NCBI RefSeq assembly: GCF_002105155.1 | Contig: NW_019028980.1 | Coordinates: 1,612,001-1,676,000 of the forward strand | Origin: Lobosporangium transversale | Taxonomy: Eukaryota | Length of the DNA stretch: 64,000 nucleotides | Reading direction: 5' to 3' | Shown: positions 49,683-62,691 of the stretch, piece by piece | Layout of the letters: every line of letters begins with the position of its first letter | How positions within the stretch are numbered: position 1 is the stretch's first letter | Notes under the pieces: model-generated | Seen by the model: the letters and a program-made list of their open reading frames with translations, nothing else | The model's database searches: none | What the model was told of the DNA's origin: nothing | Translations under genes and position numbers: made by a program

Positions 49683-52237
49683 ATGCCTCCATTCATTCCC
49701 CCACTTTCTGACCACTCCAAGACAGTGTCTAGTCTAAGCTCAGAGCGTGCACTTGTCTCATTCAATGTTGAGTCACTCTCTCAGTTCTTGTATGGCGAGA
49801 ACTTTGAGAAGCGACGCCATATCCGGGGTCTGGTCGAACAACACCCCGTCTTCTCTAACGCGGATAAACCCTTTTTGAGCCGTGAACGTCAATACGTCCG
49901 ATCTTTAGAAAAGGCAGCAAAATTGGTTGAGATGCGCAAGCAGAACAATTGGTCTGATGATGATATGATGATGGCCATGATGCTGATCGGTGACTGGACT
50001 CCCCAGTTCTTGGTAATAATAATTCTGGAACTGGTAGGAACACTGATGACCAGTACCTGAAAATACTTACAACTCATCTTAATACCTCTGCACTTTAGCA
50101 TGAGGCACTTTTCATCCCTACCCTCAAAACCCAACTCACGGACGAACAGCAAAGGATTTGGCTTCCCAAGTAAGAAAAAAACACTATTTTTCCAGCTTCC
50201 TGCCATACCGTGCTTTGCAAAGTTACTAGTCTAAGAATTTTTTTTTTTTTTTTTTTTTTTTTTTCATTCTTCATCTTTCATATGATCAAATAGAGCTCAA
50301 AATTACGAGATTTTTGGATGGTAAGTGTTACTGTATCTGCAATATCTTTTGAAATTACTGTGCATTGTTCTTGGTCCTAACGTTACTAAATGTTTTCTTC
50401 CATATCTCCGTACCTTCTTTTTTCCTTTCAGTTATGTTCAGACTGAAATCGCTCACGGAAGCAATCTTCGCAAGCTTGAAACAACCGCCACCTACATCCC
50501 CGAGACAGACGAATTTGAAATTAATACACCAACGCTCAATTCTATGAAATGGTGGCCTGGTGCTCTCGCCCAAACCAGTACTCATTGTGCCATCTACGCT
50601 CGCTTGATCCTTCATGGCAAAGATTATGGTGTACACCCCTTCTTATTACAGATCCGTACTGCTGGAACCCATGCTGAAATGCCCGGTATTGAATTGGGTA
50701 ATTTAGGCCCCAAAATCGGGTTCAACACCGTCGATAATGGTTTCTTACGAATTAATAGAGTCCGAATCCCACGCGACCAAATGATGATGCGCAACTCCAG
50801 AGTCACTCGTGATGGCAAGTACGAACCTGCCAAGAACGCAAAGATGAATTATTCAACCATGGTGGCCACCCGGGCCTACATTGTCAAGAATGCAGGTTCC
50901 GCACTAGGTCAGTCCTTGACGGTCGCCATCCGGTATTCCATGATCCGTCTTCAAGGTGGAGACCGTATTCCATCTCAAAAGGGCGAAGAGGTCAAGGTTA
51001 TTGATCATGGTATGCAACGCTTCCGATTAACGACCTCATTGGCCTTGAGCTATGCAATGTTGATGACCGGTCAAGTTATGACGGATATGCATCAGCGCAA
51101 CTTGAAGAACATGGTCCAAGGGGAACTAGGCCTAATGGCTGTGGTCCATGCAACTTCTTCAGGCTTGAAGGCCTTGATCTCGGACTTGGCTACTGCTCAT
51201 ATGGAGGACGCACGTCGTTCCTGCGGAGGACATGGTTATGCTTGGTGCGGAGGAATGGTTGATGTCTTGACCACAGCCCTACAGGATGTAACCGTGGAAG
51301 GTAAAAGGCCCTTCATTCTTTATCGCTTTTCTATCATTTATAAACTCTATCCATTTGAAGCTGTCTTTTTTATTTTTATTTTTTTCTTTCTACTCTTCTC
51401 ATATTCACAAATATTTGGTTAGGTGAAAATACAATCTTGCACCTTCAAACTTCTCGCTGGTTGCTTAAGACAGCCCTTCAAGCCCTCGAAACCAAAGATC
51501 TGTCTTCGGTCCCTGCTGGCTTGCGATCTGCTCTTCAAAAAGGTGACGAAAACATTATGGAGCAAGAGAAATCCATCATTGTCCCAGGACAGCCCATCAG
51601 TGGCGAGGCTTTAATCGCTGCATTCTGGCATCGTGAGACCCGCGTTCTTCAAGAAGTCCTGGCCCGTATTACCAAGGACGGAGCTGGAGAGGAGGCTATG
51701 GCTAAATCTCAAGTTCGAATGGTCGAGTTATCCAGAGCTCATGGTGAAGGCATGCTAGTCCGTAACTTTTACGAGGCTATTCAGAAAGAGGAACAGGCTA
51801 TTCATCGAAAGGGTGGTGATGTGACCAAAGGTTACTTGCCTGTTCTCAAGATGCTCTTCGAGTTGCACAGTATCCATCGCCTGTTGGAACAAGCCGGCGA
51901 TTTCATGGAAGATGGATATGTCTCCAGGCAACAAAAAGCCTGGTGCAAAGACCGTCGTGAGCAGTTAATTGACCTGTTGAGATACGAGTTGATCGGGCTC
52001 GTAGATGCGTATGATTTCTCGGACAACCAACTCAATTCTGCCATTGGACGGTATGATGGACGTGCCTACGAATCGCTCTATGAGTGGGCCAAATATGGAA
52101 TGACCCTTGTTGATAAGGGTAAGAACGGGGGTGTCTTGGGCTTTGATGAAGTTCTGAAGGACCTTTTTGCAGAGGGCCGCCGTTTGAATGGGAATCCTAA
52201 AACTTTAGGAAGTAAAGAAAAAAAAAAATTGTTCTAG
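49683..52237 (+). CDS. POX1: Peroxisomal-type acyl-CoA oxidase
   Basis: Exons ~49683-50011, 50099-50169, 50294-50320, 50432-51300 and 51423-52237. Motifs QTEIAHGSN, KWWPG, GPKIG..DNGFL, RRSCGGHGY, TVEGENTILHLQ and LNSAIGRYDGRAYE. Confidence 0.9.
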
Positions 52238-52240
52238 GTA

Positions 52241-52375
52241 TTGTTGCGATTAGCAGCCATTTATATAGGTTTTTTTACTATAGCTGATTTTTATCACTTT
52301 TTATTTAACAAAGATCACTAGATCATATTAAAGACTTCTTTCTTTCGTTCTCGTTACTTATTATGATCTTGGTAT
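52241..52375. repeat. Second copy of the 7651-7790 segment
   Basis: ttgttgcgattagcagccattta...tttatttaac.aagatc...ctttcgttctcgtt...ttatgatc.tggtat is shared with 7651-7790. Confidence 0.75.
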
Positions 52376-52760
52376 CCGGGATACTCAGTCAATCCGAAAA
52401 ATTGACTAGTGATGGTGCGCTGTTCTAGCAATTCCAGGATCACGACACACAAGAGCTCTGTTCGATGACAAAAAAAAAAAAGCATTGCAGTCTGCAAGGG
52501 ATATACAGAAGGAGCGTCTTCAAAAGTCCACACTTGATGATTTTTTTCTCGATAAGGATTGTAAATATCATGTGTCGAGGAGGGTTGAAGGGGCCTATCA
52601 TTGTGGTCTGGTCATTTTTGGAAGAGCATAAAACGCATAAAAAATTTATTGATTAGGCTCATGCTGCGTCGTTACGCAGCTCGGTCCGAAACAAATCTCT
52701 TAGCTTGATGTGGAACCTTTATGACTTTAATAGATTTTGCTGTACGCCAAGGGAAAGGAT

Positions 52761-53478
52761 TCAGATCAGAAAGTAAGCAAATACACAGGAGAAACCTAGG
52801 ACCATGGTGGTGGCCAAGACGGCTGGAAGAACATATGGTGCTGCGTTCTCGGTTTTGCGCCCTTCTACATCTGATGCCATGTCCCGTGCCCATAGTTGCT
52901 GTGGAGACTCGTCGTCGACCCGAAAGCCGTTTGAGTGTAACCGAGCTTGAAAGCTTTGATCATTTAGTCGCTCGTTCTCAGTTTTCTCAATAGTAAAAAT
53001 CCCTGATTGGTAAATCGGTATCCAGCCTGCGTTCGAGAACTGAACCACGAAGCCCTTTGATGAAAATTTAGTAGATTAAAAAAAAAAAAAAAAAAAAAAA
53101 AGTTACAAAAGATGCGCTAGTTACTAGCGTAATTAAGGTGGCGACAACAATGATTATTAGTATAACACTTACCTTTCCATGTTGGGTAAGGTCAGTGGGG
53201 ACGGTGAACTTGAGTGATGAGGTAGTTTCATATTCCTTCGCTATTCTAGCCACAACGCCATCGTGTAGACAGATGCCATCGCACACACCTAATACCAAGA
53301 GATCCACCTGCCAGCTTTCAACCGAGACGTCTGTGTGGTCATCTTGTACCACAATATCATATGTTGTCCCAGGAAACCATACTGTGTCCGCATTAGGATT
53401 TGTAATTTCAAGCGCGCTAGATACGAATACTGAACATTGAAGTAAAAGGTATGTTGACAGGGCGATATATTTGTGCAT
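52761..53478 (-). CDS. Secreted, probably GPI-anchored protein with Kre9/KNH-like N-terminal Ig-like domain
   Basis: Exons 53478-53173 and 53054-52761. Signal peptide, ITNPNADTVWFPG...QSGIFTI pattern and a hydrophobic C-terminus. Confidence 0.7.
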
Positions 53479-54463
53479 GTCTATCCTGTGTACTGGCACG
53501 AAAATTGAATTGAAAGAAAAAGGATAATCAATTAAGGATGGACCAAAAGAATCAATGAGCAAAGATACTAAAAGAAGATACAAGGTAAAAAAAGGGTTGT
53601 ATAATAACGTGAGAGCAAGAGGGACTTTGGTATGTTTTTTTTAAGTGAGTTGTCGTTGACAGGAAGTGTAGTAAAGTTCAAGAGAAAGAAAAAAAAGAAA
53701 AAAAAAAAAAAAAGGGGAGGTAATGGTAATGGTCATGGCAGGAATGAATGAATGATGTATGAAAGAGAGAATGAATGTTCTTTCCCACAGTCACAAGGTC
53801 ATTGGGCGTATTTTTTACACTATTTGTTCAGTTAAAGCAAAGGATCTGTCTCCTTTAAACGCTACAAATCGAAAGTGCGAAAGTGGCGCAGGACGAAACA
53901 CTACTTGAAGCCGTGTCCAGAGTGTGCGAGTTGTGGTGACTAGTAGAGCTGCAAATGTATAGAAGGGCAGTGTTGTCCGACAGCTGGAGAACAAATGAAT
54001 GCAAAAAAATAAAAAATAAAAAAAGGAAGGATTGCTCAAGAGGTTGATTGCACAGCTTGAAACTTTAAATCTGATAGAGATGCGCGTCTTGTGCTCACTT
54101 CCGAAACATCCTTTTCCTGCATATTAGATCAATTAGATTTGTGGATTGTGAGGGTATTGATCCATGGATACAAATATACCAAACTTCGTCATCTGTCAGT
54201 TGATTCTCAAGCCAACCTTGTCATGGCAAGGATCAACAATTGGTCTATAATAACCCGGAATAAATGGGAGAGATTAACGAGCGAAAGTATTGTTCCCATT
54301 TGAGCGTCCTTCTTCTGGACCATAGCACTGATAATTCAGTTTTATTGAAGAGCACGTGAGCCCACCGCCCTTCAGTCTTTCACCTATGAATTAATTAATT
54401 TACACATTGCTTTTTTCAGAATTACATTCTTGCTCCTACTCAACTCTTCGTATCCGTATGAAC

Positions 54464-55340
54464 ATGATTCAACAGAATCCTTAGAGATCCCACTAATCAT
54501 CCCCATTTCTACCAATTCTCTCAATCAAAACTCTATGCGTCTCCAAAATTTTCGTGATGTAAATTTGTCAAGTTGTTATATAAAAAAATAGTCGTTCCTG
54601 GCTGGACTGTTTATTTTGAAGGCGAAGCATTAGATTCACACATTTCATTGCTTTCCTCCGATGTGGATTACATGTCATTGCAAGGATGTGATCGTCTCAA
54701 GTTCACGGACATAAAAAGAGATCTGTCGAGCTATTAATCCTTATCAAAAACCATAGTTCTTCAATCACCAGATTCTCTGATAGAAATTTAGTTTCGCAAG
54801 ACTTTGGAGAGCACTATTGATGTCACAACTGTCCACCTCTTCATCCAGCTTTGGAAGAAAGCCAAACGTTTGCCTTTAGAATGCTTTTCCATCCCTCGAT
54901 CCCCAACCAACTTCCTTTTGTGCAACGATGACATTGACGAATTCATTAAAATGCGGATAATTAATCCTTACCCATATACACAATTGAGTTGTCTGTATTT
55001 TGATTAGAAAACGCCCCGGATTATCTCAGCTCGGAGTCACCTTTTGTTCTTCGGATCCAGCTCAAGTAGGCTCGAGTATTTCTATAAGTCAATGTCTTTT
55101 CAAATCACTGGACAGCTTTTATTTGACACATCTTTCATTACGGAACGTCAACATAAAGGACGAGGACATAGCAGCACTTCTTATACAAATGACAGAGCTA
55201 TGACAGCTGAATGTCCCGCGTTGTAATTCGGCTCACTCTCTCTACGAGAATTGCTAGAAGATGGACGAATGGCTTTGGATAACGGATGCATGTTACGGAA
55301 AACAAGACGTCAGAGACATTGTGATACACTCAAAATTTTT
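54464..55340 (+). pseudogene. Decayed F-box/LRR-type gene, paralog of 62692-63950
   Basis: Fragments NP-EIPLI at the start and NIKDEDIAALLIQMTEL*...FGSLSLRELLEDG...RHCDTLKI align with SDEEVAAILRQM...FGWLSLQELLVD...RLCDTIREL. Many stops and frameshifts. Confidence 0.65.
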
Positions 55341-55437
55341 ACCAGGCTTCATCGATGTAATAGAAATTAATACTCGACTTTTAATGATCCAATTGTGAGA
55401 GAGAAGGGTTTGCTGGAGAATGAACTTTGATCAGTCT

Positions 55438-55468
<31 letters not shown>

Positions 55469-55740
55469 GTTAATAAAAAGAAGATGGGAGAGCCATTAAC
55501 CATTCAAACTGGCCTTTACTGACTACTAATAGCGATCGCTCATAACAAAATCCTCGAATACTTCAGAGCGTTTTGATTACTTAGTGCATACCACAATGAA
55601 CCTATTACAAGATGTCTGTCTGTATTATTTGGGCAAGATTAGACATCAATGAAGGATCCAACCCCCTCACATCTTACCAATATGATATGGTGATTTTTAT
55701 TGTAAAATCAATATAAAAAAAATGACAGAATAAGGTAGTT

Positions 55741-58700
55741 TTACTCCATTAGATCAACATGCATGGTATCCTCCCTATGATGTTGACCAGAACTATCGAT
55801 ACAATCATTCGAGCCGTTTATGATAAAATGCGCAACCTCACACTCGCTGCATTCACTACACTTGTTGCAAATGAATTGACATCCCTTGGGTACTTCACTT
55901 TTAGCGATCAATGGTCTTGCCTTGGAAGTGCTCCTATTTGAGTTTGTATCCAAAGCCTCACTATCCAGTGCTTTGACTTCAGGCTCCATTGATGTCTTTT
56001 TCTTGGTCTCATGGCTTATCCCTTGGGAAATCGAAGACCGTCCTATATCGACGATAGCTCCAAGTTGTTCCAATAGCTTTCTATTCACTTCGCACAGACC
56101 AGTAACATTTCGAATGCTTGCATCAGCAGCGTTAAGAACTGATTGTCTCGTACTCCACTTCAAGCGGACATGACATTGGCCATCCTCCTTTTTGACAATT
56201 TGCCACATCCTGACAGAGCCATCATGATATCCTGTCACCAAAAAGCAACCTTCCTCGGAAACATTCCATGCAAGAGTTAAAACATCCCCGCCTACGAATG
56301 GGATAACAGTCAAGCACTGAGCTGTCTGTGGATCCCACAATCTTACGGTCTTGTCGCGGCTGCATGAGGCAATGTACTGACCATCACAGGAATAAGACAT
56401 AACCCTTATACGCCCGGTATGTCCTTCAAGCGTGTGTAAAATAGTTCCTGAACCAGCATCTACCACATTAATAAGCCCTCTTTCGCTTCCAATAATCATC
56501 AATCGGCTGGATGGTGAAAATGCGACCATTTCCTGAACCTCCTTGAAATTCATTTCATAACAGAGCTCCCCTGTTTCTGCACTCCGTAGCTGCAGCTTTG
56601 CCTTGTTTGAGGAGTTTAATGCAATCCTCTGACTGTCGGGCGAATAAGCGAAATAGAAGAGATACGACCTCACATCCGTCAACTCATATAGAAGCTCTCT
56701 GGAGTGGGTTCTCCAGACTCTGATTATCTTGGCATCATTATAACAAGCAACTTGGTGGCCATTGGGTGAGAATAGCATGCACTGCACACTACTTCCATTC
56801 CCTTGTAGAGTGTAGATTAATTGTCCTGTTCGCGTGTTCCATACACTCACGCCCCCCTTATTGTGACCACAGGCAATTTGATGGTCAATGGGTGAGAAAT
56901 CAAAAGCTATGATGCCATCACTCCGATCTTCTGACTCCAAGGTATGAACAAGTTGGCCTGTTTGAGCATCCCAAAGGTAAACTCGCGGATCATTAGAGCG
57001 ACCACAAGAGGCAAGCAGCTGACCATTAGGCGAATACTTGATGTCGAGTGCTAGGCTTTGTAAGACATGAATGCACTGCCCTGTACCACCATCCCACATA
57101 CGCACTGTGCCGTCATTGCTGCATGAAGCTATGTGCTGTCTATCTGGCGACAACTTTATGTGTATGATGAGTTTTGTATGACCATATGAACTGTAGCTGG
57201 ACTGCCGTGATTGCGCGTCCCATAGGCGTACTGTGCTGTCTTCGCTGAATGATGCAACCTGATGGCTGTTGGGTGAATACGCTACGCACCATATATTGCT
57301 AGAGTGGCCATAGAAGGTGTTGATCAGTTGCCCTGATCGCACATCCCAAAGTCGTACTGTCTTGTCGTCGCCACAAGTGGCTATCTGTTCTCCACTTGGT
57401 GAATATTTTAAGTTCCTAATGAATTTGGAATGGCCAGTAAGAGTATGGATGACTTTTCCTGTTTGCATATTCCACTGAAATGCCTCTCTACGGGAGAACG
57501 AAGCCATAAGTTTCCCATCAGGAGAATATTGGACACCATAGAAATCATAATTATGCGTCAAGGCTTTCTTCTTCTGACCAGATCTAACATCCCACACATC
57601 TAATGAGTGAGCTTTGAAACCATGAGCGATGAGTTCTTGGCTATCAGGCGAATACACGATTTGGTCAATCCAAGGCCCGCAGCCCTGGAGCTTTAGTATC
57701 AACTTTCCTGATGCTACATCCCACAACTGTACTGTCTTGTCTTCGCCTCCACTTGCAATCTGCTTTCCATCAGGTGAATACATCACACTTGTCGCCCCTC
57801 CAGTGTGGCCTTCCAAGGTATATTGGAGCTTGCCAGACCTTGCGTCCCACAAATGTACTGACCCGTCCTTGCAAGCAGAGGCGAGACGATCACCACTTGG
57901 CGAGTATGCCACATGTCTAACAATGTCTGTATGGTTATCCAAGCTTTGAATCATTTTGCCTGATGTTGCATCAAACACGGTAACCGTATTCTTGTTATGC
58001 CATATGGCGATGTGTTGGCTATCCGGAGAGTATTTGAAGTTGTAGCCGCGCACATTGGCCTCTAGCGCAAGGCGCTTCTCCCATGTCAATGTATCATAAA
58101 TGCTGACGTAGCCCTCGTTGGTGCGCCCATCGTACACAGCTGCAGCTAATGTCTTACCATCAGGCGAAAATGATCCATTGTATACATCGCCTCTTTCGCG
58201 AAGAAGTGGCCATTCTCCAAACTGTACCCCTGACATCTTTGCTTCACTCAAGTCTGCTTCTCGAAACCAACAACTACGAAGGCTGGCTTTTCTCAGATCT
58301 GCTCCTTGTAGTTGAGCACATTCGAATATACCATGGTCAAGGTCTGCTCCCGGGATCTGAATGCCTCGCAAGTCTGCTTGAATGAATTGCTCCCTCGCTC
58401 GAATCAAGATCGTCATTGCATTGGCTGCTGCTACTCGCCACTTGCCATCGCTCTTCGACAGTTCAACGTACTCGTATAGTTGTTGTTTAAACTGTGGCTC
58501 CAGTTGAGCACGTTCTTCAAGAAACTGGAGAATAGACGGCTCGTTCACAAAGCTCCTCCATACCAAGGGTGATGTCTCGTCTGGACTGGTCGAATTAATT
58601 TCTTGCTCAGTCACATGGTTCTCTTCTGCCTCAAAACTGAATACAGAGCTGATACTATGCCGACGGTGTGTCGATGTCACTTCTTCTTCCCTGCTGCTTA

Positions 58701-60053
58701 CGGTTCTATTCATCGCTTCCTGTGGTTCAAAAACCGCTCGCACCAAGCAGTACTCCAGAATAGACCGATGGACAAATCGATACTGGTTACCTGTGCGGCT
58801 CAGGGGCGATGCTTCTCGAAGAAGATTCTTCTCGCTCTCTCTGCTAAAATACTTCTCCTTCCATGTATCCCTATGTTTGGATGGAGAGTAGTCCACCACA
58901 GGGTTGCCATCTTGATACTTGTAGATCGCCACAGCTAGCTCTATCAAGTATCTGATTCCATTCTGTGCGAATCCTTCATCACATAATGTTCGGAACACCT
59001 TCTTATCCTCTGACACTAATATCTCGCCTAGTCGCTTCTTGCTCCGTTCGAGCCACAACTCTACAAACTTGTCATACAATGTAACGCGCTTGATCTCTGT
59101 TTTAGAGATATCTTGATATGGATCCACCATCCGTGGCAATACTTCCAGTGATAGCGATAGTATGAATGGGTTCTTTACAAGATCTTTCAGGCTGGGTACC
59201 ATCTTGAGTGCCCGCTGATAGTCTTCTATATCCCACATTAGGTCCATAGAACCAACATACTGTTTGATATAGTCATCAATCTGAGCCTCAGAGAATGGTA
59301 CAATCATAGCTTCTTGAAACAATCCAGCATCTACTTGGTGGTTGCGGTCGATAGGCTGGAAACGATCTCGATAATCTACCCCAAGATACTCACTACGACA
59401 GCTGATCACCAACTGACATTCCCATTCGCCTGGCTGATTGAGGCGGTTAGTGACATACAGATTGTTGGTTTGCATGGTCTCGTCGTATCCATCACAGATC
59501 AAAATGAATGACCGAGTCATCTTCAGTTCTTTGATTTGTGCATCGGTAAAGTCGTACATTCTTAGCTGTTTCGCGACCATATCTTTAGTAGGGTCATCGA
59601 CCGATGGCAGATTGATAAAGAGTGGGATCCGGCCATACTTCTTTTGATAAGCTTCCCACAGAGTGGACTCTAGAGTGCGGTTAAATGTCGACTTGCCTGC
59701 TCCTGAATTACCCTGGACAAGTAACACTTTCTGATCGCTGTCCAGGAACTCTTTCACTTTGTCCATCAGCAAGAACAGTTTTTCATCACTCGCTTGAGGA
59801 CTTGCTTTGGCATATTGTTGAATGTAAAAGTCCCGTTCGTTTTTGGCTTCCATCCGCTGTCGCTTAAGTAGACGCAGGCTCTCTTCAACATCAGGTTTAT
59901 TCTGCACACGATCAAGCAACGATGGGGATGCAGGCGGAGGTAGCGCGGCAATGAAGGGGAACTGTGTTGCTGACTCGCTGAAACAGTCCCTGTACATTTG
60001 TTGCTTGTTGGTATCTCCATCTATAGCAAGATCATCCAGAAGTGACTCCGCGG

Positions 60054-60084
<31 letters not shown>

Positions 60085-61874
60085 CATATTTAGAGCATAT
60101 AGTATGCTATTAGTACCTTCTCTTCGCACAATCTAACTAAAATATGGTATCGGGCCTGCTCACCTTGTAGCTCTTCCTTTGGTAATGAGGTTAATCCCTT
60201 CAGTATAGTAAGGATCCACTGTTTGACCGCCACATGGTGACCCCAGTCTTTGTCATTTTTGTAAATCTCGCCAAGGAAACTAACCGCATCTTTACGTACC
60301 TCCACGGCCCACTCTGAATTGACTGCTATACGTGCTAAGCGCTGACATAACCCCCATTGGAATGCTAGATCTTGTCGGCAGGGTGCCTTACACGCAAGGG
60401 CCTTGAACTTGGTGAGCTCGCCTGACTGGAGGAATGTGTCAGTTCCACGGAGTGCTGGATACCACGCAGTTTTGCTATCAAAGCTGAATCCTTCTTCCAT
60501 ACTCTGTCTGAATGCCGCTCCACTCTTGTAAAGTGAGATTACTCCACTGCACACGCTCCGACTCATGCCAATAGCATCTTCCACAGATGGGAGCTTCTTC
60601 TGGATATCGGCCAATTCGTCCATAAAGGCATTTAGGTCCAAGCCTTTGACTGCACTCACTACTCCAAACACTCCTCGAGCCACTGCTGATGTACGTCGAA
60701 GCATGGATTGCATTGTTGTTTCATCGTTTGGAATATAGAGTAGAGCTTGAGAAGCATAGGCTGCATGATACACCAGATGAGGGTCTGAACTATTTTTTAG
60801 TCCTTTCAAGTAGGCTGCTAATGGCTCATGGAGTTGTCCTCGCTTCAGACCCTTGACTTGACTATTGACCATGGCATCGAGCACATGCGAGACTGACACA
60901 CACAATCGATAAATGTGATCACTGGACTGCCCATGCGTTCCTCGTAAGTGAGAATCAAGCATATTGAGGGTATTGACCAGATCATCAGAATCAAGATACC
61001 CAAGAGGGACATGCTGCATCAACTGGGCCAACCCTTGGAGCAAATGAGTCTCTAGCATGATGTTCTGATTGATTCCATTGACCAAAGCCATGAGTAGTGC
61101 CCTATACTGGTCATAGTTGAGGACTGGAGCCAGCATCACAACTTCAGCGACAGTAGCCTCGGTCTTGATACCCTCATGAATGAACATTGTAATCACATCT
61201 GAAGCCAGGCTATGGAGTCGGTCTTGCTCAGTCAAATCATCTGACCTGGCCAAAGACCACTCTTGCTCCTGGGCTGTGAGCCCTTTTAACGGCTGAGGTG
61301 CAGTGGGAAGCAGGCTGAGGCAGTAGGCGAGCTGCTGGGTATCGTTCAAGCGAGCATCCGGATGAGGGAGGTTGCACTTGAAGCCCACCTGAGCTACATC
61401 GTGGTCAAATACTCCTGTGGGAATTATTGCAATGTTATGGATTGCTGAAGTGCTCACGACTTTAATCAGCCCCTTCATTTTGCTGATACTAATGTCACTA
61501 TATTCCTGACCACAGCTGTTGTTGTTGCTGATAGGGTTACTTCCTTGGATATATCCCCACTTTTCTGCTTTTCTGTCACTTTTCTGTGCATCGTTCATGC
61601 GACCCAGACGTTCAAATAAGCGAGTGATCTCATAATATGCCGAAGCGATACTTCGACATAGTACTTTGTCTTCGTTGGAAGCAGAGGAGGCAATACGCTT
61701 CTTCTCTGACTGCTGAATTCGAGACAATGCAAAGTCTGCATCGAGACATAGCTCCATGAGGACGTCGTGGTCATTGTCTATCCTGTGGGTGTCCTCCATG
61801 TAAAGCTTGAAAAGCCTCAGAGCCTTTGATGGTGAAAGGACACCTCTTGTCGAAGTATATGTGGCACCAAACAT
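55741..61874 (-). CDS. NLR-like STAND protein: helical N-terminus - NACHT - pentapeptide repeat - WD40 repeats (~2007 aa)
   Basis: Exons 61874-60164 and 60053-55741 joined by a phase-1 intron. Walker A GNSGAGKS, Walker B ILICDGYDE, pentapeptides ADLRG/AQLQG/ADLRK/ADLSE, and many GH...YSPxG...D.TV.LWD repeats. Confidence 0.9.
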
Positions 61875-62691
61875 TGGTTGCTGCCTTTCTTTTTTTCTTT
61901 TTTTCTCTTTCTCTTCTATCGACTCTACACTTTTGATTTTTGATGAGGGGAAAGTCGCTTTAAATGACAATGCTAGTTAAAAGGATTTGCTACCTGGATA
62001 GGCTAATAGGTGTGAAAGGACAATGCCTTAATGTTTGTGGTTTTGTGTAAAGATGTGAATAATTGGGAAAAGAAACCAAAGAGGGAAAATTGATCAATTT
62101 GGATGTTTGCATGATTGGTCACGCCACTGATGCAATTGATAATGAAGCATGAAAGTAACAGAGGTGGAGAAAAGATAAACGGTTGCTGAGGCTGCTTCCA
62201 ACCCAAGAAGCCTTTTCATGGAATAGGATTTGCAAGCAAGCCAAGAGCGTCTCTTAAACATGACTGACTCCCCTTCATTGGCGCTTCAACTTGAAAGAGA
62301 GAGGGAAAAAAAAGAGTGCCAGAAGCCAACCTCTTTTGCCTTTTGGGAAATTACTCTCGACCATTTCCTTTCAAAATCTTTGTAGGCAGAGAGAGCGGCA
62401 CCTTCATGACGCTTTATGAACTCATTAGTGAACTCTGACGCCCCGATATCTATAAAAAAAATATAATCACCAAGACTATGTGAACGGTCGCACATTAGGT
62501 TTCTTTTAAAAATGCAGTAGTCATTCATGACGACAGACATCTAGACTGGCCATTGTCCTGCTGGCATATTTTTATTTTTGATTTATCATAACGAAGAGGG
62601 GGACGCTTAAAGTAATAAAACCCATATCCTATGCGCACCTTTTTTTTTTTTTTTTTTTTTTTTTTTGACAGCTCCTTTGATGATACTTGAT

